A stretch of 60,237 nucleotides of DNA. It comes from a virus. Lineage: Duplodnaviria > Caudoviricetes. The notes beneath the pieces are model-generated. The model worked only from the letters and a program-made list of their open reading frames with translations, ran no database searches and had not been told where the DNA came from. Both the position numbers and the translations under genes were made by a program. This document shows positions 58,261-60,237 of the stretch, in pieces. The stretch's first letter is position 1; every line of letters starts with the position of its first letter. The stretch covers positions 1 to 60,237 of the IMG/VR virus record IMGVR_UViG_3300032048_000003; one strand, given 5' to 3'.

Positions 58261-60218
58261 ATTTGCCTACAGAATACCAATCCTTTATACATCTTTCTAG
58301 ATATGCAAGATGGAATTATGAAAATGAAAGAAGAGAAACATGGCCAGAAACAGTTGGCAGGTATTTTAATTTTTTTAAAGAAGATTTAAATGAAAAATGT
58401 AATTATGATTTAACTGATGAAGAAAGAAAACAATTAGAAGATGAAGTTTTAAATTTAGAAATTATGCCGTCTATGAGATGTATGATGACAGCCGGGGTTC
58501 CATTAAAAAAGGAAAATGTATCCGGTTATAATTGCTCATATGTAAAATGTGATAATCAAAGAACGTTTGATGAAATTATGTATGTTTTAATGAACGGAAC
58601 AGGTGTTGGATTTTCTGTTGAAGAAGAATATACAAAACAGATGCCGACAATCGCTGAAGAATTTTATCCAACAGATACTGTTATTGTTGTTGCTGATAGT
58701 AAGTTAGGATGGTGTAAATCATATAAAGAATTAGTTGCTTTATTATATCAAGGTTTGATACCTAAATGGGATGTTAGTAAAGTAAGACCTGCTGGGATGC
58801 CATTAAAGACTTTTGGTGGTCGGGCTTCAGGACCCGAACCATTAGTTGATTTATTTAATTTTGTTAAAGATATATTTAAAAATTCAGCCGGAAGAAAACT
58901 TAAACCTATTGAATGTCATGATATTATTTGTAAAACAGCAGAAGTTGTTGTTGTCGGAGGAGTTCGTAGAAGTGCTCTTATTAGCTTGTCTGATTTAAAC
59001 GATAGAGAGATGCGATTCGCAAAACATGGCGAATGGTATAAACTTAATGTACAACGGTCACTCGCAAACAATTCAGTTAATTATAAAGAAAAGCCAGATG
59101 TTGGGACTTTTATGCGAGAATGGTTATCTCTCTATGATTCAAAATCTGGAGAGCGTGGAATATATAACAGCGTATCGGCTAAAAGCCAAGTTCAAAAATT
59201 AAATGAAAGAGAACCAGATGGAAATGGAAATTTTATTAGAAGACGAGATGCCAGAGACGATTTTGGCACAAATCCGTGCAGCGAAATCATTTTACGATCA
59301 AGAGAATTCTGCAACCTCTCCGAAGTCGTTGTCAGAGGATCAGACACTAGCGAGTCTCTCAAAAACAAAGTTCGCAGTGCGACCATTCTTGGAACATTTC
59401 AGTCCACCCTCACCGACTTCAAATATCTTACAAGAGAGTGGAACAGAAACTGCGCAGAGGAACGATTGCTCGGAGTTTCTCTTACCGGGATCATGGACAA
59501 TGGATTAACTAATGGTAAATCTGGTAAAAAGAAAACTGGTGAATTATTGGATGAACTTCGTAAGATTGCCATTAAAACGAATGCAGAATGGGCTGATAAA
59601 CTCGGTATCCCTAGATCAGCCGCCATTACGTGTGTTAAACCTTCGGGTACTGTTTCTCAGTTGGTTGATTCTGCTAGTGGTATTCATGCCCGTCATAATC
59701 CTTATTACATCAGAACAGTGCGAGCAGATAATAAAGATCCTTTGTGTAAATTTATGAAAGATCAAAATTTTCCTAATGAACCTGACGTAACAAAACCAGA
59801 TCATACTACAGTTTTTGCGTTTCCACAAAAAAGTCCAAAAGGTGCTGTTTGTAGAACAGATCTGACCGCACTCGAACAATTAGATCTTTGGAAATTATAT
59901 CAAGATCATTGGTGCGAACATAAACCATCTGTTACTGTTTCAGTTAAAGAACCTGAATGGTTAGGTGTTGGTTCTTGGGTATGGGATAATTTTGAAAATA
60001 TTAGTGGTATTTCATTTTTACCATTTAGCGAACATAATTATAAACAAGCTCCATATCAAGATTGTAATAAAAAACAACACGATGAATTAGTAACGAAAAT
60101 GCCTAAGAATGTAAATTGGAGTAAGTTAGGAGATTATGAGAAAGAAGATCACACTGCAGGAGCGCAATCACCGGCATGCGGGGCTCCTGGTGGTTGTGAA
60201 GTAGTTGATTTAATATAG
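58257..60218 (+). CDS. nrdJ: class II (adenosylcobalamin-dependent) ribonucleotide reductase, monomeric type
   Basis: YNCS, GGVRRSA, TNPCSEI, CNLSE, VKPSGT, C-terminal CxxxxxC. Confidence 0.88.
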   Translation: MNLPTEYQSFIHLSRYARWNYENERRETWPETVGRYFNFFKEDLNEKCNYDLTDEERKQLEDEVLNLEIMPSMRCMMTAGVPLKKENVSGYNCSYVKCDNQRTFDEIMYVLMNGTGVGFSVEEEYTKQMPTIAEEFYPTDTVIVVADSKLGWCKSYKELVALLYQGLIPKWDVSKVRPAGMPLKTFGGRASGPEPLVDLFNFVKDIFKNSAGRKLKPIECHDIICKTAEVVVVGGVRRSALISLSDLNDREMRFAKHGEWYKLNVQRSLANNSVNYKEKPDVGTFMREWLSLYDSKSGERGIYNSVSAKSQVQKLNEREPDGNGNFIRRRDARDDFGTNPCSEIILRSREFCNLSEVVVRGSDTSESLKNKVRSATILGTFQSTLTDFKYLTREWNRNCAEERLLGVSLTGIMDNGLTNGKSGKKKTGELLDELRKIAIKTNAEWADKLGIPRSAAITCVKPSGTVSQLVDSASGIHARHNPYYIRTVRADNKDPLCKFMKDQNFPNEPDVTKPDHTTVFAFPQKSPKGAVCRTDLTALEQLDLWKLYQDHWCEHKPSVTVSVKEPEWLGVGSWVWDNFENISGISFLPFSEHNYKQAPYQDCNKKQHDELVTKMPKNVNWSKLGDYEKEDHTAGAQSPACGAPGGCEVVDLI

Positions 60219-60237
60219 TATCTTTTTACTTGATTTT

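Noticed and set aside
1-60237. Stop-codon reassignment
   Set aside because: Core genes are full-length under code 11, TAA, TAG and TGA all end genes, and no suppressor tRNA was seen

Overview
This 60 kb, AT-rich window comes from a large T4-like (Kyanoviridae/Tevenvirinae-like) phage, probably marine. Nearly all genes lie on the + strand. The core replication module is recognisable: gp45, gp44, gp62, regA, gp43, uvsX, gp41, gp61, dUTPase, ThyX, a class II ribonucleotide reductase, CobS/CobT-like AAA-VWA pair, Hsp20, cold-shock protein and an M15 endolysin. The left third is an accessory region with 6 plus-strand tRNAs, 2OG-Fe(II) oxygenases, radical SAM, SET-domain, glycosyl-/acyl-/carbamoyltransferases and an isocitrate lyase. 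The most unusual elements are: (1) the only minus-strand unit, a class II aaRS catalytic-domain-only protein co-oriented with an atypical tRNA-Asn(GTT); (2) a purine uptake/salvage cassette (2 PRTases, BMP-family binding protein, NCS2-like permease) between gp43 and uvsX; (3) a ~210-nt multi-helix ncRNA candidate in the tRNA region plus several smaller structured elements; (4) 57-bp-period IHF-like repeat arrays in front of three early promoters; (5) about 8 near-contiguous genes with a T4 internal-protein-like N-terminal capsid-targeting motif; (6) three tRNAs overlapping the 3' ends of ORFs. All calls come from manual motif recognition; no database searches or folding programs were run.
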